A stretch of DNA of 64,000 nt from Alphaproteobacteria bacterium. GTDB taxonomy: Bacteria; Pseudomonadota; Alphaproteobacteria; SP197. Positions 11,733 to 22,411 of the stretch are shown here, piece by piece. Within the stretch, counting starts at the first letter, position 1. Each line of letters begins with the position of its first letter. Where the stretch lies: NCBI GenBank assembly GCA_964291265.2, contig OZ219747.1, forward strand, positions 3,424,001 through 3,488,000. The letters are read 5' to 3'. The notes beneath the pieces are model-generated. The model did not search any database. It was not told where the DNA came from and saw nothing but the letters and a program-made list of their open reading frames with translations. The position numbers were made by a program, and so were the translations under genes.

Positions 11733-12344
11733 TCACTCCTCACCGATGAGGGTTCGCGGACCCGACTGCGGTTCCGATGCGTGGCGCCCGCCCTGCGGTC
11801 CCGTCCGCGGCCTTTCACCCGCGGCCAGCGCGTCCAGGACGGCGATCATGCTGCCGGCGTCCAGGTCCTCGTAGTAGTCGTCGTTGATCTGCACCATCGG
11901 AGCATTGACGCATGCACCGAGACACTCGACCTCCTTGAGCGTGAAGAGGCCGTCGGGCGTGGTTTCGTCGAAATCGATGTCGAGCCGGTTGCGGCAGGCC
12001 TCCACGATGGCATCGCTGTCACGCAGCATGCAGGGCGTGGTGGTGCAGACCTGAACGAGATAGCGCCCCACCGGCTCCAGGTTGAACATCGTGTAGAAGG
12101 TGCCCACCTCGTAGACCCGGATGCGCGGCATGGCAAGCATGTCGGCCACCGTGTCCATGGCGGCGACGGGCACCCAGCCCGCCTGGCGTTGCGCGAGATC
12201 GAGCAACGGCAGGACCGCACTCGCGGTGCGGCCCGGCGGGTACCGAGCCATGATCCGCTCCGCCTCCTCCAGGTTGGCCTTCGTGAAGGTGAACGAATCG
12301 GGTTGCTGTCCCGCCGCGCCCGGATGTCCGCCAGCCTGGCTCAT
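11733..12344 (-). CDS. nuoE: NADH-quinone oxidoreductase subunit E
   Basis: CTTTPC and [10 protein letters not shown] 2Fe-2S ligands; ATG overlaps nuoD stop. Confidence 0.95.
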   Translation of the reverse strand: MSQAGGHPGAAGQQPDSFTFTKANLEEAERIMARYPPGRTASAVLPLLDLAQRQAGWVPVAAMDTVADMLAMPRIRVYEVGTFYTMFNLEPVGRYLVQVCTTTPCMLRDSDAIVEACRNRLDIDFDETTPDGLFTLKEVECLGACVNAPMVQINDDYYEDLDAGSMIAVLDALAAGERPRTGPQGGRHASEPQSGPRTLIGEE

Positions 12345-13519
12345 CGGTCGATTTCCCCGAACACGATGTCCATGCTGCCGACGATCGCCGCCGCATCCGC
12401 CAGCATGTGCCCCTTGCACAGGTGGTCGGTGGCAGCGAGGTGAAGAAACCCCGGCGCCCGGATGCGGCACCGGTAAGGCCTGTTGGTGCCGTCGGATACA
12501 ATGTAGACACCGAACTCGCCCTTGGGCGCCTCCACCGCCCTGTATGTTTCACCCTCGGGCACGTGGTAGCCCTCGGTGAAGAGCTTGAAGTGGTGAATGA
12601 GGGCCTCCATGGACTGTTTCATGTCGGCCCGCGATGGCGGCGCAACCTTGGGATTGGCGGTCATCACCGGACCGGTGGGCATGTCGGCGATGCACTGGCG
12701 GATGATGCGGATGGACTGGCGCATTTCCTCGATGCGACACATATAGCGCTCGAAGCAATCTCCGGTCGAACCCACCGGCACGTCGAACTCCATCCTGTCG
12801 TAGACATCATAGGGCTGCGTCTTGCGCAAATCCCAGGGGACGCCTGCACTCCGCAGCATGGGCCCCGAAAAACCCCAGTCGATGGCATCGTCGACCGAGA
12901 CCGCGCCGATGTCCACGGTTCGCTGCTTGAAGATACGGTTCTCGTTGAGAAGATGTTCGATGTCTGCGATGACCCGGGGAAGCGCGTCGACGCAGCTTTC
13001 GATATCGCCTTCGAGACCGGCGGGAAGGTCCCGGGCGACGCCGCCCGGACGGAACCACGCCGCGTGCATGCGCGCACCGGACGCCCTTTCATAGAACTCC
13101 ATGAGCTTCTCGCGTTCCTCGAACGCCCACAGCGCCGGAGTCAGGGCGCCCACGTCCATGGCGAACGTGGTGACGTTGAGCAGGTGATTGAGCAGCCGCG
13201 TGATCTCGCAAAAGAGCACGCGGGCATACTGGCCGCGCGGCGGCACCTCGATCTGGAGCAGTGTCTCCACGGCGAGCGCGTAGGCATGTTCGAGACACAT
13301 CGGCGAGACATAGTCGAGGCGGTCGAAGTAGGGAACTGCCTGGAGCCAGGTCTTGTACTCGATCAGCTTTTCGGTGCCACGGTGCAGCAGTCCGATATGC
13401 GGGTCAGCGCGCTCGACCACTTCTCCGTCCATCTCGAGGACCAGACGCAGCACGCCGTGTGCCGCCGGATGCTGGGGACCGAAGTTGATGGTCGTCGTCC
13501 TGATGTCGACTTCAGCCAT
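12341..13519 (-). CDS. nuoD: NADH-quinone oxidoreductase subunit D
   Basis: [29 protein letters not shown]-terminus. Confidence 0.97.
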   Translation of the reverse strand: MAEVDIRTTTINFGPQHPAAHGVLRLVLEMDGEVVERADPHIGLLHRGTEKLIEYKTWLQAVPYFDRLDYVSPMCLEHAYALAVETLLQIEVPPRGQYARVLFCEITRLLNHLLNVTTFAMDVGALTPALWAFEEREKLMEFYERASGARMHAAWFRPGGVARDLPAGLEGDIESCVDALPRVIADIEHLLNENRIFKQRTVDIGAVSVDDAIDWGFSGPMLRSAGVPWDLRKTQPYDVYDRMEFDVPVGSTGDCFERYMCRIEEMRQSIRIIRQCIADMPTGPVMTANPKVAPPSRADMKQSMEALIHHFKLFTEGYHVPEGETYRAVEAPKGEFGVYIVSDGTNRPYRCRIRAPGFLHLAATDHLCKGHMLADAAAIVGSMDIVFGEIDR

Positions 13520-14105
13520 CTTCCGGCATCCCGGGCATGCCGGCCGCTTCCCAGGGCGACAGGCTGTCGAAGTTCCGAAAGGCCTGCGTCAGCTTCACAC
13601 GCTCGTAGATCACCCGTTTCTGGTCCTCGTCGTATCGCATCTCGACATGACCGGTCAGGGGAAAATCCTTGCGTTGCGGATGGCCTTCGAAACCGTAGTC
13701 GGTGAGAATGCGGCGGAGGTCCGGATGGCCATGGAAACGAATGCCGTACATGTCCCAGACCTCGCGTTCGAGCCACAGGGCGGCGCTGAACACCGGGAAG
13801 CACGATGGCACGTCTTCGTCCTCGGCCACTGTGATGGCGACACGCATCCGCAGGTTGTGCTGCAGGCTGAGCAGATTGTAGACGACAGTAAAACGCTTCT
13901 CGTCCTCTGGACGATCGACCGCCGTGAGGTCCACCAGCTGCCGGAAGCGGCAGCTGGTGTCGTCGCGCAACCACGTCAGGAGAGAGATGATGCACCCGGG
14001 GGCGGCGTGGAGCGTGGCCTGCCCGGTCTGAAAGACGAGTTCGCCGACGCAGCTTCCATGGCGCAGTCTTGCGGCACCGCCGATTTCGTTCAGGGCTTCG
14101 GACAT
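13512..14105 (-). CDS. nuoC: NADH-quinone oxidoreductase subunit C
   Basis: [29 protein letters not shown]. Confidence 0.96.
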   Translation of the reverse strand: MSEALNEIGGAARLRHGSCVGELVFQTGQATLHAAPGCIISLLTWLRDDTSCRFRQLVDLTAVDRPEDEKRFTVVYNLLSLQHNLRMRVAITVAEDEDVPSCFPVFSAALWLEREVWDMYGIRFHGHPDLRRILTDYGFEGHPQRKDFPLTGHVEMRYDEDQKRVIYERVKLTQAFRNFDSLSPWEAAGMPGMPEDG

Positions 14106-14120
14106 CAGGTGGACGTCCCG

Positions 14121-14630
14121 TCAGCGTCTGATCGTGCCGGTGCGGCGAATCTTCTTCTGCAGCTGCAGGATCCCGTAGACCAGCGCCTCGGCGGTGGGCG
14201 GACAGCCCGGGACATAGACATCGACCGGAACGATGCGGTCGCAACCACGCACGACGGAATAGGAGTAATGGTAGTAGCCGCCCCCGTTGGCGCACGAACC
14301 CATGGAAATGACCCAGCGCGGCTCCGGCATCTGATCATAGAGCTTGCGCAGGGCCGGCGCCATCTTGTTGCACAGGGTGCCGGCCACGATCATGACATCC
14401 GACTGTCTGGGGCTGGCTCTCGGGATGACCCCGAACCGGTCGAGATCGTAGCGGCTCATGTACGCGTGGATCATCTCCACGCCGCAGCAGGCCAGCCCGA
14501 AGGTCATGGGCCACAGACTCCCCGTCCGCGCCCAGTTCACGAGGCGATCGACGTTCGTCACGACGAAGCCCCTGTCCTCGATTTCCGCCCCGAGAAGGTG
14601 GGGCAGGTCGTCCCTTGCTTCTATTCCCAT
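14121..14630 (-). CDS. nuoB: NADH-quinone oxidoreductase subunit B
   Basis: [21 protein letters not shown]. Confidence 0.96.
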   Translation of the reverse strand: MGIEARDDLPHLLGAEIEDRGFVVTNVDRLVNWARTGSLWPMTFGLACCGVEMIHAYMSRYDLDRFGVIPRASPRQSDVMIVAGTLCNKMAPALRKLYDQMPEPRWVISMGSCANGGGYYHYSYSVVRGCDRIVPVDVYVPGCPPTAEALVYGILQLQKKIRRTGTIRR

Positions 14631-14986
14631 TCGAGAGCTCCCTTGCGCCATTCGTAAATGAAACCGGCGGTCAGAACGGCGAGGAACACGACCATGGACC
14701 AGAAGCCGAAGAGGCCGATTTCCGGGAGCGACACGGCCCACGGAAACAGGAACGCGACCTCCAGATCGAAGATGATGAAGAGAATGGCGACCAGGTAGAA
14801 GCGGACATCGAAGCGGCCACGCGCATTCTCGAACGCGTCGAAACCACATTCGTAGGCCGACAGCTTTTGCGGATCGGGTTTCTGATGGGCGATGAACCAG
14901 GACGCTCCGACCATGGCGCCGGCCATGACAATGGCCAGACCCAGGAAGACGAGGATCGCAAGGTACTCAAGCAGGAATTCCGTCAT
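14621..14986 (-). CDS. nuoA: NADH-quinone oxidoreductase subunit A
   Basis: [22 protein letters not shown]. Confidence 0.97.
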   Translation of the reverse strand: MTEFLLEYLAILVFLGLAIVMAGAMVGASWFIAHQKPDPQKLSAYECGFDAFENARGRFDVRFYLVAILFIIFDLEVAFLFPWAVSLPEIGLFGFWSMVVFLAVLTAGFIYEWRKGALEWE

Positions 14987-15031
14987 GAGTGCTCCCTGCG
15001 CTACCTGGACTCGTCAGTGGACATGAACATG

Positions 15032-15108
15032 TGGCGGGAGTGACGGGACTCGAACCCGCGACCTCTGGCGTGACAGGCCAGCACTCTAACCAGCTGAGCT
15101 ACACCCCC
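15032..15108 (-). tRNA. tRNA-Asp(GTC)
   Basis: Minus strand GGGGGTGTAGCTCAG...CT-GTC-AC...GTTCGAG...CCCGCCA cloverleaf, 77 nt. Confidence 0.96.
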
Positions 15109-15123
15109 GAAAAACGACGCTTA

Positions 15124-15153
15124 CGTCTAGGCGACAAGTCCCCCTTGTGTCAA
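15124..15153 (-). promoter_or_regulatory. candidate sigma70 promoter for tRNA-Asp (possibly also nuo)
   Basis: Minus strand TTGACA-N18-TAGACG just upstream of the tRNA 5' end. Confidence 0.5.
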
Positions 15154-15177
15154 GCCGTGCCGCAGGCCAGGACCCGG

Positions 15178-15250
15178 TGGGCGGTGACGGGCTCGAACCG
15201 CCGGCCTACTGGGTGTAAACCAGTCGCTCTTCCTGCTGAGCTAACCGCCC
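15178..15250 (-). tRNA. tRNA-Val(TAC), CCA not fully encoded
   Basis: GGGCGGTTAGCTCAG...TT-TAC-AC...GTTCGAG...ACCGCCCA followed by CCG. Confidence 0.94.
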
Positions 15251-15286
15251 TGGAGGGCCGTCACACGTCCCGGTGGATGCAGGGAA

Positions 15287-15562
15287 CTACGACGAGACAG
15301 CATCCTTGAGAGCGAGGCCTGCCTTGAACTTGGGCAAGGTCTTCGCCGGAATCGTCATCGGCTCATTCGTTCGAGGGTTGCGCCCCGTCGATGCCGCGCG
15401 CTGGCTCACGGAAAACGTGCCGAAGCCCACCAGACGGACATCGTCGCCCCTGGCAAGGGCACCAGTGATGCCGTCGAACACCGCGTCCACGGCCCTGGCG
15501 GCGTCGGCCTTGGAAAGACCGGCCGATTCACTGACAGCACTGACAAGATCACTCTTCCTCAT
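15287..15562 (-). CDS. hupB: DNA-binding protein HU
   Basis: GFGTF, GRNPRT, PKFKAG; follows lon. Confidence 0.95.
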   Translation of the reverse strand: MRKSDLVSAVSESAGLSKADAARAVDAVFDGITGALARGDDVRLVGFGTFSVSQRAASTGRNPRTNEPMTIPAKTLPKFKAGLALKDAVSS

Positions 15563-15651
15563 TGACGGTCTCCGTTTTTCCGCGACGCTGTGTTGGTTAC
15601 CCAGAGTGTCACTCTAGGGAGGGGCACTCACATCGTCAATCATCCTCAGCC

Positions 15652-18048
15652 TCAGTGCGTGACCACATCTTCGGTCTCACCGACATGGCGCGCCAGCCGC
15701 TCCATCTCTTCCACGTCGGCGTCGGACCATTCCACCGGTACCGGCGTCTCGGCGAGGGCCATGTGCACGACGTCATCAACCGATGACACGGCGATGATGT
15801 TGAGTCCCCGCTTGACGTTGTCCGGAATCTCCTTGAGATCCTTTTCGTTTTCCAGCGGGATGATGACGGTCTCGATGGCGCTGCGATGGGCGGCAAGGAG
15901 CTTTTCCTTGAGCCCGCCGATGGGAAGGACACGTCCCCTCAGCGTGATCTCGCCGGTCATGGCGACGGTGCGTTTGACCGGAATGCCCGTGAGGGCCGAA
16001 AGCATCGAAATGAACATGGCGATTCCCGCCGACGGTCCGTCCTTGGGTGTGGCGCCCTCCGGCACATGGACGTGGATATCGCGCTTGTCGAAGACAGTCG
16101 GTTTCAGACCGAACTCAGGAGAGCGGGCACGCAGGTAGCTGCGCGCGGCCTGCACCGATTCCTGCATGACGTCGCCGAGCTTCCCCGTAATCGTCATCTT
16201 GCCGCGACCGGGCAGCACGACGGCCTCGATGGAAAGCAGCTCTCCTCCGGTATCCGTGTAGGCGAGGCCACTCGTGATCCCCACCATGTCGTCATACTCC
16301 ACTTCCCCGAAACGGTAGCGCCTGACGCCGGAGAACTTCTCGAGATTGCGCGATGTCACCCTGACCTTCTTCATCTCGCCGGCAACGATCATCTTGACCG
16401 CCTTGCGCTGGAGATTCGCGATCTCCCGTTCCAGATTGCGCACGCCGGCTTCCCGCGTGTAGTAGCGAATCACGTCACGAAGCGCGCCCTCGGTGATCGA
16501 CCACTCGCCGTCCTTCAGCCCATGGGCCTTGTACTGCTTGGCGATCAGGTGGTCGGTGGCGATTCTCACCTTCTCGTCTTCGGTGTAGCCGGAAAGGCGG
16601 ATCACCTCCATGCGATCAAGCAGAGCCTGGGGTATGCGGGTGGTATTGGCGGTGGTGACGAACATGACATCGGAAAGGTCGTAGTCCACCTCGAGATAAT
16701 GGTCATTGAACGACACGTTCTGCTCCGGGTCGAGAACCTCGAGAAGCGCCGAACTCGGATCGCCCCGCCAATCGCTGCCAAGCTTGTCGATCTCGTCGAG
16801 AAGGAACAGGGGATTGGATGTGCTTGCCTTCTTCATTCCCTGGAGGATCTTGCCCGGCATGGATCCGATATAGGTGCGGCGGTGGCCGCGGATTTCCGCT
16901 TCGTCGCGCACGCCACCCAGCGACATGCGCACGAACTTGCGTCCCGTCGCCCTGGCGACCGATCGGCCCAGCGAGGTCTTGCCAACGCCCGGGGGGCCGA
17001 CCAGACACAGGATGGGGCCCTTGAGCTTGCGCGAACGCGCCTGGACGGCGAGATACTCGACAATCCTCTCCTTGACCTTTTCGAGACCGAAGTGATCGGC
17101 GTCGAGAATGGTCTCGGCGTTGGTGATGTCACGCTTGAGCTTCGAACGCTTCTTCCACGGAATGGACAGCATCCAGTCAAGGTAGTTCCTGACCACCGTT
17201 GCCTCGGCCGACATCGGGCTCATCGTGCGCAGTTTCTTGACCTCCGCCAGCGCCCGTTCCCGGGCCTCCTTCGACAGACTGGTCGAATCGATCTTCTTCT
17301 CGTACTCGCCGACCTCGTCCCGGCCATCCTCACCCTCGCCGAGCTCCTTCTGGATCGCCTTCATCTGCTCGTTGAGATAGTACTCGCGTTGCGATTTCTC
17401 CATCTGCTGCTTGACCCGGCCGCGGATCTTCTTTTCCACCTTGCGCACCGAGATCTCGCCCTCGATGAGGGCATAGACGCGTTCCAGGCGCCGGACCACC
17501 GATTCGGCCTCGAGAAGTTCCTGCTTGTCGGCGATCCTGATGGTGAGATGGGAGGCGACTGTATCGACCAGCTTCGCCGGAGACTCGATCTGTTCCAGGG
17601 ACGTCACGACCTCGGGAGGGATTTTCTTGGCGAGCTTGACGTAGTCCGCGAAGAGCGCCGTCACGGCACGGGCGAGAGCCAGTTGCTGAGCCTCGTCGGA
17701 TGCGCTTTCCGCGAAGGGCGACACCACAGCCCTGATGCACCGTTCATCCTCGAGGAAATCGGTGATGGCCGCCCGGTGTGACCCCTCCACGAGCACCTTG
17801 ACCGTGTCATCGGGCAGCTTGAGGAGTTGCAGCACACTCGACACGGTTCCGACACCGTAGAGAGCGCCGGGGTCCGGATCGTCCTGGGAGCCGTCCTTCT
17901 GGGCAACCAGAAGTATCTGCCTGTCCCCGGACATGACTTCCTGCAGCGCCCGCACGGACTTCTGGCGGCCGACGAAGAGCGGCACCACCATGCCCGGAAA
18001 GACAACGATGTCCCGCAAGGGCAGCACCGGATACTGGGATTCACTCAT
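15652..18048 (-). CDS. lon: ATP-dependent protease Lon
   Basis: LPLRD N-terminus, GPPGVGKTS, PKDGPSAG, IGGLKEK. Confidence 0.98.
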   Translation of the reverse strand: MSESQYPVLPLRDIVVFPGMVVPLFVGRQKSVRALQEVMSGDRQILLVAQKDGSQDDPDPGALYGVGTVSSVLQLLKLPDDTVKVLVEGSHRAAITDFLEDERCIRAVVSPFAESASDEAQQLALARAVTALFADYVKLAKKIPPEVVTSLEQIESPAKLVDTVASHLTIRIADKQELLEAESVVRRLERVYALIEGEISVRKVEKKIRGRVKQQMEKSQREYYLNEQMKAIQKELGEGEDGRDEVGEYEKKIDSTSLSKEARERALAEVKKLRTMSPMSAEATVVRNYLDWMLSIPWKKRSKLKRDITNAETILDADHFGLEKVKERIVEYLAVQARSRKLKGPILCLVGPPGVGKTSLGRSVARATGRKFVRMSLGGVRDEAEIRGHRRTYIGSMPGKILQGMKKASTSNPLFLLDEIDKLGSDWRGDPSSALLEVLDPEQNVSFNDHYLEVDYDLSDVMFVTTANTTRIPQALLDRMEVIRLSGYTEDEKVRIATDHLIAKQYKAHGLKDGEWSITEGALRDVIRYYTREAGVRNLEREIANLQRKAVKMIVAGEMKKVRVTSRNLEKFSGVRRYRFGEVEYDDMVGITSGLAYTDTGGELLSIEAVVLPGRGKMTITGKLGDVMQESVQAARSYLRARSPEFGLKPTVFDKRDIHVHVPEGATPKDGPSAGIAMFISMLSALTGIPVKRTVAMTGEITLRGRVLPIGGLKEKLLAAHRSAIETVIIPLENEKDLKEIPDNVKRGLNIIAVSSVDDVVHMALAETPVPVEWSDADVEEMERLARHVGETEDVVTH

Positions 18049-18083
18049 GAGGACACGATCTCCGGTCTGGGCTCAATCTGGGA

Positions 18084-18112
18084 AAATGGCTACGACAGGG
18101 CGCCCGATCAAG
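18084..18112 (-). promoter_or_regulatory. candidate RpoH-type heat-shock promoter for lon
   Basis: Minus strand CTTGAT-N17-CCATTT upstream of lon; resembles alphaproteobacterial RpoH consensus. Confidence 0.4.
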
Positions 18113-18127
18113 GGGCAGGGCCCGTGG

Positions 18128-18725
18128 GCCAGGACTATTCTTTTGTCCGGTTTCGTCCGACGAGGGGCGTTGTAGGCAGATCTGGAGGTCCATTCGTGAC
18201 CGGATTTCGTTGTCGATATGCCGGTTTCGACCTCGAGAAGGTGCCACCAAACTCAAGAACGGTCACTCTGACGCGGTTGTCCACCGCCGATCGCGACAAC
18301 AGAAAGGTCCTGCGGACCCCCGCCGGAGACTTGATGAAAACCCGCCCCCGGGGCAGGATGCGCCCATGATGTCGTCCTTCGACACCCTCGCTGCCGCTGA
18401 GGCTCTCCAGGACGCCGGCGCGAAGCCCGAACTCGCCAAGGCCATGGCCGCCCAGCTCAAGGCCGCGGCGAAAGCCGGCGAACCCGTCACAAGACCCGAA
18501 CTCGACGCCGCTCTCGGCACACTCAAGGCCGAACTTCTTGAACGAATCGCCGCGACCGAGACGCGCCTGCTCGGACGCATCGCCGAGACGGAACGCCGGC
18601 TGATGGACCGCACGGCCGCCCTCGTCTGGCGGCTGTTCGGCGCCATGGTCGCGCTCGCCGGCATCACCGTCGCGACGCTCGAATACCTGCGCACACCACA
18701 GGACTGACAAAAGAATGGTCCTGGC
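18128..18725. mobile_element. inverted-repeat-bounded non-autonomous element (MITE-like) carrying a cargo gene
   Basis: GCCAGGACTATTCTTTTGTC (18128-18147) and GACAAAAGAATGGTCCTGGC (18706-18725) are inverted, 19/20; internal right-end copy GACAACAGAAAGGTCCTG (18295-18312). Confidence 0.75.
18366..18707 (+). CDS. DUF1640/CCDC90-like coiled-coil protein with C-terminal TM helix
   Basis: FDTLAAAEALQDAG...AKAMA, VTRPELD, heptad coil, hydrophobic tail. Confidence 0.7.
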   Translation: MMSSFDTLAAAEALQDAGAKPELAKAMAAQLKAAAKAGEPVTRPELDAALGTLKAELLERIAATETRLLGRIAETERRLMDRTAALVWRLFGAMVALAGITVATLEYLRTPQD

Positions 18726-18748
18726 GCGCGGGCGGCTGCTCCGGGGGA

Positions 18749-20011
18749 TCACGATGCCGGCGTCGCCTCGCCTTCCCGATCGCCATAGATGAGCATGGGT
18801 GCGGAACCGCGCTCCACGGTTTCGCTGTTCACCACGACGTTCTGAACGTTCTCCATGCCTGGCAGTTCGTACATGGTATCAAGCAGTATGGTCTCGAGAA
18901 TGGAACGCAGCCCCCGTGCCCCGGTCTTGCGGGCAATCGCCTTGCGCGCCACCGAGCGCAGGGCGTCTTCGGTGAAGTCAAGCTCGATGTCGTCCATCTC
19001 GAAGAGTTTCTGATACTGCTTCACCAGGGCATTGCGGGGTTCGCGGAGAATCTTCACCAGGGTTTCCTCGTCCGGTTCATCGAGCGTCGCAATGACCGGA
19101 AGCCGGCCGACGAACTCCGGAATCAGTCCGTACTTGAGCAGGTCCTCGGGTTCCACGTCCCGCAGGATGGCGCCAAACTGGCGGTCCTCCGGCGTTCGCA
19201 GGTCAGCGCCGAAGCCGATGGCGGTCGACTTTCCGCGAGCGGTGATGATCCTGTCGAGTCCCGAGAAGGCGCCGCCGCAGATGAACAGGATGTTGGTCGT
19301 GTCGACCTGCAGGAACTCCTGGAGCGGATGCTTGCGTCCACCCTGGGGCGGCACCGAAACAACCGTGCCTTCCATGATCTTCAGGAGGGCCTGCTGCACA
19401 CCCTCACCGGAGACATCCCGCGTAATCGAAGGGTTCTCGGACTTGCGCGCGATCTTGTCCACCTCGTCGATGAAGACGATGCCGCGCTGGGCCCGTTCGA
19501 CATTGTAGTCGGCCGCCTGCACCAGCTTGAGGATGATGTTCTCGACGTCTTCGCCGACATAGCCGGCTTCCGTCAGGCTCGTGGCATCCGCCATGGCGAA
19601 GGGAACGTCGGTGATGCGGGCCAGGGTCTGGGCAAACAGCGTCTTGCCGGAGCCCGTGGGTCCGATGAGCATGATGTTGGATTTCGCCAGCTCGACCTGC
19701 TCGCTGCGATCCCCGCCGTCGAGCCTCTTGTAGTGGTTGTGGACCGCCACGGAGAGGATTCGCTTGGCGGTGTCCTGGCCGATCACGTATTCCATGAGGA
19801 TGGCGTTGATCTCGCGCGGTGTCGGAACATCGCCCCGCGGCGACCTGACCACCGATCCGCGATTCTCCTCGCGGATGATGTCCATGCAGAGTTCGACGCA
19901 CTCATCGCAGACGAACACCGTCGGACCGGCGATCAGCTTGCGGATCTCGTGCTGGCTCTTGCCGCAAAAGGAACAGTAGAGCGTGTTCTTCGAGTCGCCC
20001 TTCTTGCTCAT
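18749..20011 (-). CDS. clpX: ATP-dependent Clp protease ATP-binding subunit ClpX
   Basis: CSFC...CDEC zinc finger, [11 protein letters not shown] loop. Confidence 0.97.
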   Translation of the reverse strand: MSKKGDSKNTLYCSFCGKSQHEIRKLIAGPTVFVCDECVELCMDIIREENRGSVVRSPRGDVPTPREINAILMEYVIGQDTAKRILSVAVHNHYKRLDGGDRSEQVELAKSNIMLIGPTGSGKTLFAQTLARITDVPFAMADATSLTEAGYVGEDVENIILKLVQAADYNVERAQRGIVFIDEVDKIARKSENPSITRDVSGEGVQQALLKIMEGTVVSVPPQGGRKHPLQEFLQVDTTNILFICGGAFSGLDRIITARGKSTAIGFGADLRTPEDRQFGAILRDVEPEDLLKYGLIPEFVGRLPVIATLDEPDEETLVKILREPRNALVKQYQKLFEMDDIELDFTEDALRSVARKAIARKTGARGLRSILETILLDTMYELPGMENVQNVVVNSETVERGSAPMLIYGDREGEATPAS

Positions 20012-20090
20012 GAACCACTGTCCCCCTCGAGACCGTTCGCAACACCGGCATGTCAACACAACAGATGGCGGATGTGCAAGTCCGCCCGGT

Positions 20091-20729
20091 TCAGGAATCC
20101 CCGGCGTCCTTCGCCTCGCCGCGCGAGCAGACCACCTCGTCGATGAGGCCGAAATCCAGCGCCTGCGCCGGTGTCATGAAGGTATCACGCTCCATGCATT
20201 CTTCCACAGCCTCGAGAGACTGTCCGCTGTGACGCGAAAAGATGTCGTTGAGACGACGGCGCACCTCGACGATCTCCCGGGCATGTATCGCGATGTCGGA
20301 CGCCTGGCCCCGGACCCCTCCCGACGGCTGATGCAACATGACTCGCGCATGGGGCAGGGCCGAACGGCGGCCCCTGGAACCGGAACACAGGAGCAGGGCT
20401 CCCATCGACGCCGCCTGGCCGATACACAGGGTCTGAATCTCCGGGCGGATGTACTGCATGGTGTCATAGAGAGCGAGACCCGCCGTGACCGTGCCGCCCG
20501 GCGAGTTGATGTAGAGCGCGATGTCACGCGTCGGATTCTCGGCCTCGAGAAAGATCATCTGGGCACAAAGCAGGCTCGAGACATGATCATCCATCGGACC
20601 GGTCAGAAAGATGATCCGCTCCTTGAGCAGGCGTGAATAGATGTCGTAGGCGCGCTCGCCTCTCGCCGTCTGTTCCACCACCATGGGCACCAGGGTGTTG
20701 GCATGGATGTCATCGGCATCCCGCATCAC
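20091..20729 (-). CDS. clpP: ATP-dependent Clp protease proteolytic subunit
   Basis: [27 protein letters not shown]. Confidence 0.96.
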   Translation of the reverse strand: MMRDADDIHANTLVPMVVEQTARGERAYDIYSRLLKERIIFLTGPMDDHVSSLLCAQMIFLEAENPTRDIALYINSPGGTVTAGLALYDTMQYIRPEIQTLCIGQAASMGALLLCSGSRGRRSALPHARVMLHQPSGGVRGQASDIAIHAREIVEVRRRLNDIFSRHSGQSLEAVEECMERDTFMTPAQALDFGLIDEVVCSRGEAKDAGDS

Positions 20730-22177
20730 CGGGACGCCCCTTCCACCCCTTCGGCGGCCTCGGCGTCTCCGGCGTCGGCGGCATCCGAGACCTTCAGGCG
20801 CTCCCCGAGGTTGCGTATGACGCGCCCGGCGACCCGCATGTAGTGTTCCCTGGCATGGGTGGCTTTCACCCCGTCTTCATCGTTGTCGAGGTCGAGGAAT
20901 GTCCTCACATCCATGGTCTCCCTGTCGCATGCGGCGGACTCGAGGATGTGGTCGATCACGCGGTCCTCGACGATGGGCGCGGCGAATTGCCTCAGATCTT
21001 CGGGATGTTCCTGAAAATGCCGCACCACCTCGGCTTCCCGTCCGGGATGTCGTGCTGTCTGCTGAACGAGGATCGTCTGCAGGTCCGTCTGATCAACCCG
21101 GATGCCGACGTCCCCGGCGATCCTGGCCATCAACAGGGCCGCGCGAACCCGCCGTTCGGCGAGGGCGCGACAGTCGCTGCGTTCCCTCGCGAGGGCTTCC
21201 TCGTCCATGTCCCTTCGCTTCAGGGTGGGCTCGACCTGCTTCCACACCGAGCGGAACTCGCTTTCGACCAGGCCGGGCGGAACCTCGAAATCACAGGACT
21301 CGTTCAGATGGTCGATAAGACGGCGCTTGGTATAGTCGCGGGCCAATCTGGCGAAGAGCTCCTCCAGGGCCGTCTGCGCTTCCTCGCGAAGACCGTCCAG
21401 ATCGTCGCAGCCATAGTGCTCGGCGAGGCTGGCATCGACAGCGTGGGGAACCAGGCGCTCCGCCTTCAGGAGACTGATGCGAAAGAGGGCGGGGGAGCCG
21501 CCCTCTTCTTCGGCATCCGGCAACGGACTCTCGACCTCGACCCTGTTGCCCGTGGTGAGGCCCATGACGGCATCGAGAAGCCGCGGCGCAAGGCTCCCTT
21601 CAGTCAGGAAGATCTCCTGGCCTGCAGCACTCAACTCATCGCTTCTTTCGCCATCCACCAGCACCTCGATATCGGCCGTGATGCGGTCCTCGAGCATGAC
21701 CGGCGTGGCATTGTCGAGAACTTCCACCTTGCCGGCAGCGTGCGCCAGGGTGTCGAAGACTTCGACGATGTCCCTTTCGCTGACCTCGACGACAGGGACG
21801 GAAAGAACGAGGCCCGAAGGGTCGAAGGGCTCGATTTCGGGCATGACCTCGACGGCCAGAACGTACTCAAGGTTCTCGCCCTGGGAGAACGAGACATCCC
21901 GGACCGTTGCCGGCAGGGCCTGGCGAAACTTCCGTTGCGACAGTGCGTCGTTCGAACTTTCCCGGATCGCATCCCTGAGCACTTCCTTGACCACTCCGTC
22001 GCCGTGCATGCGGCGCAGCAGCTCCATGGGAACCTTGCCGGGCCGGAACCCCTTGATATGTGTGGATTTCTTCAGCTCCAGCAGACGGGCGTCAATGCGC
22101 GACGTCATCTGTGCCGCATCGATCACGACCTTGTATTCCCGCCTGAGACCCTCGTTGAGGGATTCGGTTACGTCCAT
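20726..22177 (-). CDS. tig: trigger factor (divergent, C-terminally extended)
   Basis: GFRPGKVP signature; tRNA-Leu-tig-clpP-clpX synteny. Confidence 0.92.
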   Translation of the reverse strand: MDVTESLNEGLRREYKVVIDAAQMTSRIDARLLELKKSTHIKGFRPGKVPMELLRRMHGDGVVKEVLRDAIRESSNDALSQRKFRQALPATVRDVSFSQGENLEYVLAVEVMPEIEPFDPSGLVLSVPVVEVSERDIVEVFDTLAHAAGKVEVLDNATPVMLEDRITADIEVLVDGERSDELSAAGQEIFLTEGSLAPRLLDAVMGLTTGNRVEVESPLPDAEEEGGSPALFRISLLKAERLVPHAVDASLAEHYGCDDLDGLREEAQTALEELFARLARDYTKRRLIDHLNESCDFEVPPGLVESEFRSVWKQVEPTLKRRDMDEEALARERSDCRALAERRVRAALLMARIAGDVGIRVDQTDLQTILVQQTARHPGREAEVVRHFQEHPEDLRQFAAPIVEDRVIDHILESAACDRETMDVRTFLDLDNDEDGVKATHAREHYMRVAGRVIRNLGERLKVSDAADAGDAEAAEGVEGASR

Positions 22178-22240
22178 CTCGGCATCACATTCCGCTGAAG
22201 ACCCTGACCTCTTCCGGACAGCACTCGACCAACGATGACG

Positions 22241-22325
22241 TGGTGCGGGCGGAGGGACTTGAACCCCCACGACTTGCGTCACCAGAACCTAAATCTGGCG
22301 TGTCTACCTGTTCCACCACGCCCGC
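22241..22325 (-). tRNA. tRNA-Leu(TAG)
   Basis: GCGGGCGTGGTGGAA...TT-TAG-GT, long variable arm, CCA end, 85 nt. Confidence 0.96.
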
Positions 22326-22411
22326 GCCTTGCGGGCCAGTCCAAGGAAGCCTGCCATTCGTTGCGCACCTCATAGCGACGAAAGTCCGCTGCCGCAAGGG
22401 TGCGTCACAAC

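Noticed and set aside
14986-15250. tRNAs immediately upstream of the nuo operon
   Set aside because: hupB-tRNA-Val-tRNA-Asp-nuoA is a familiar alphaproteobacterial arrangement
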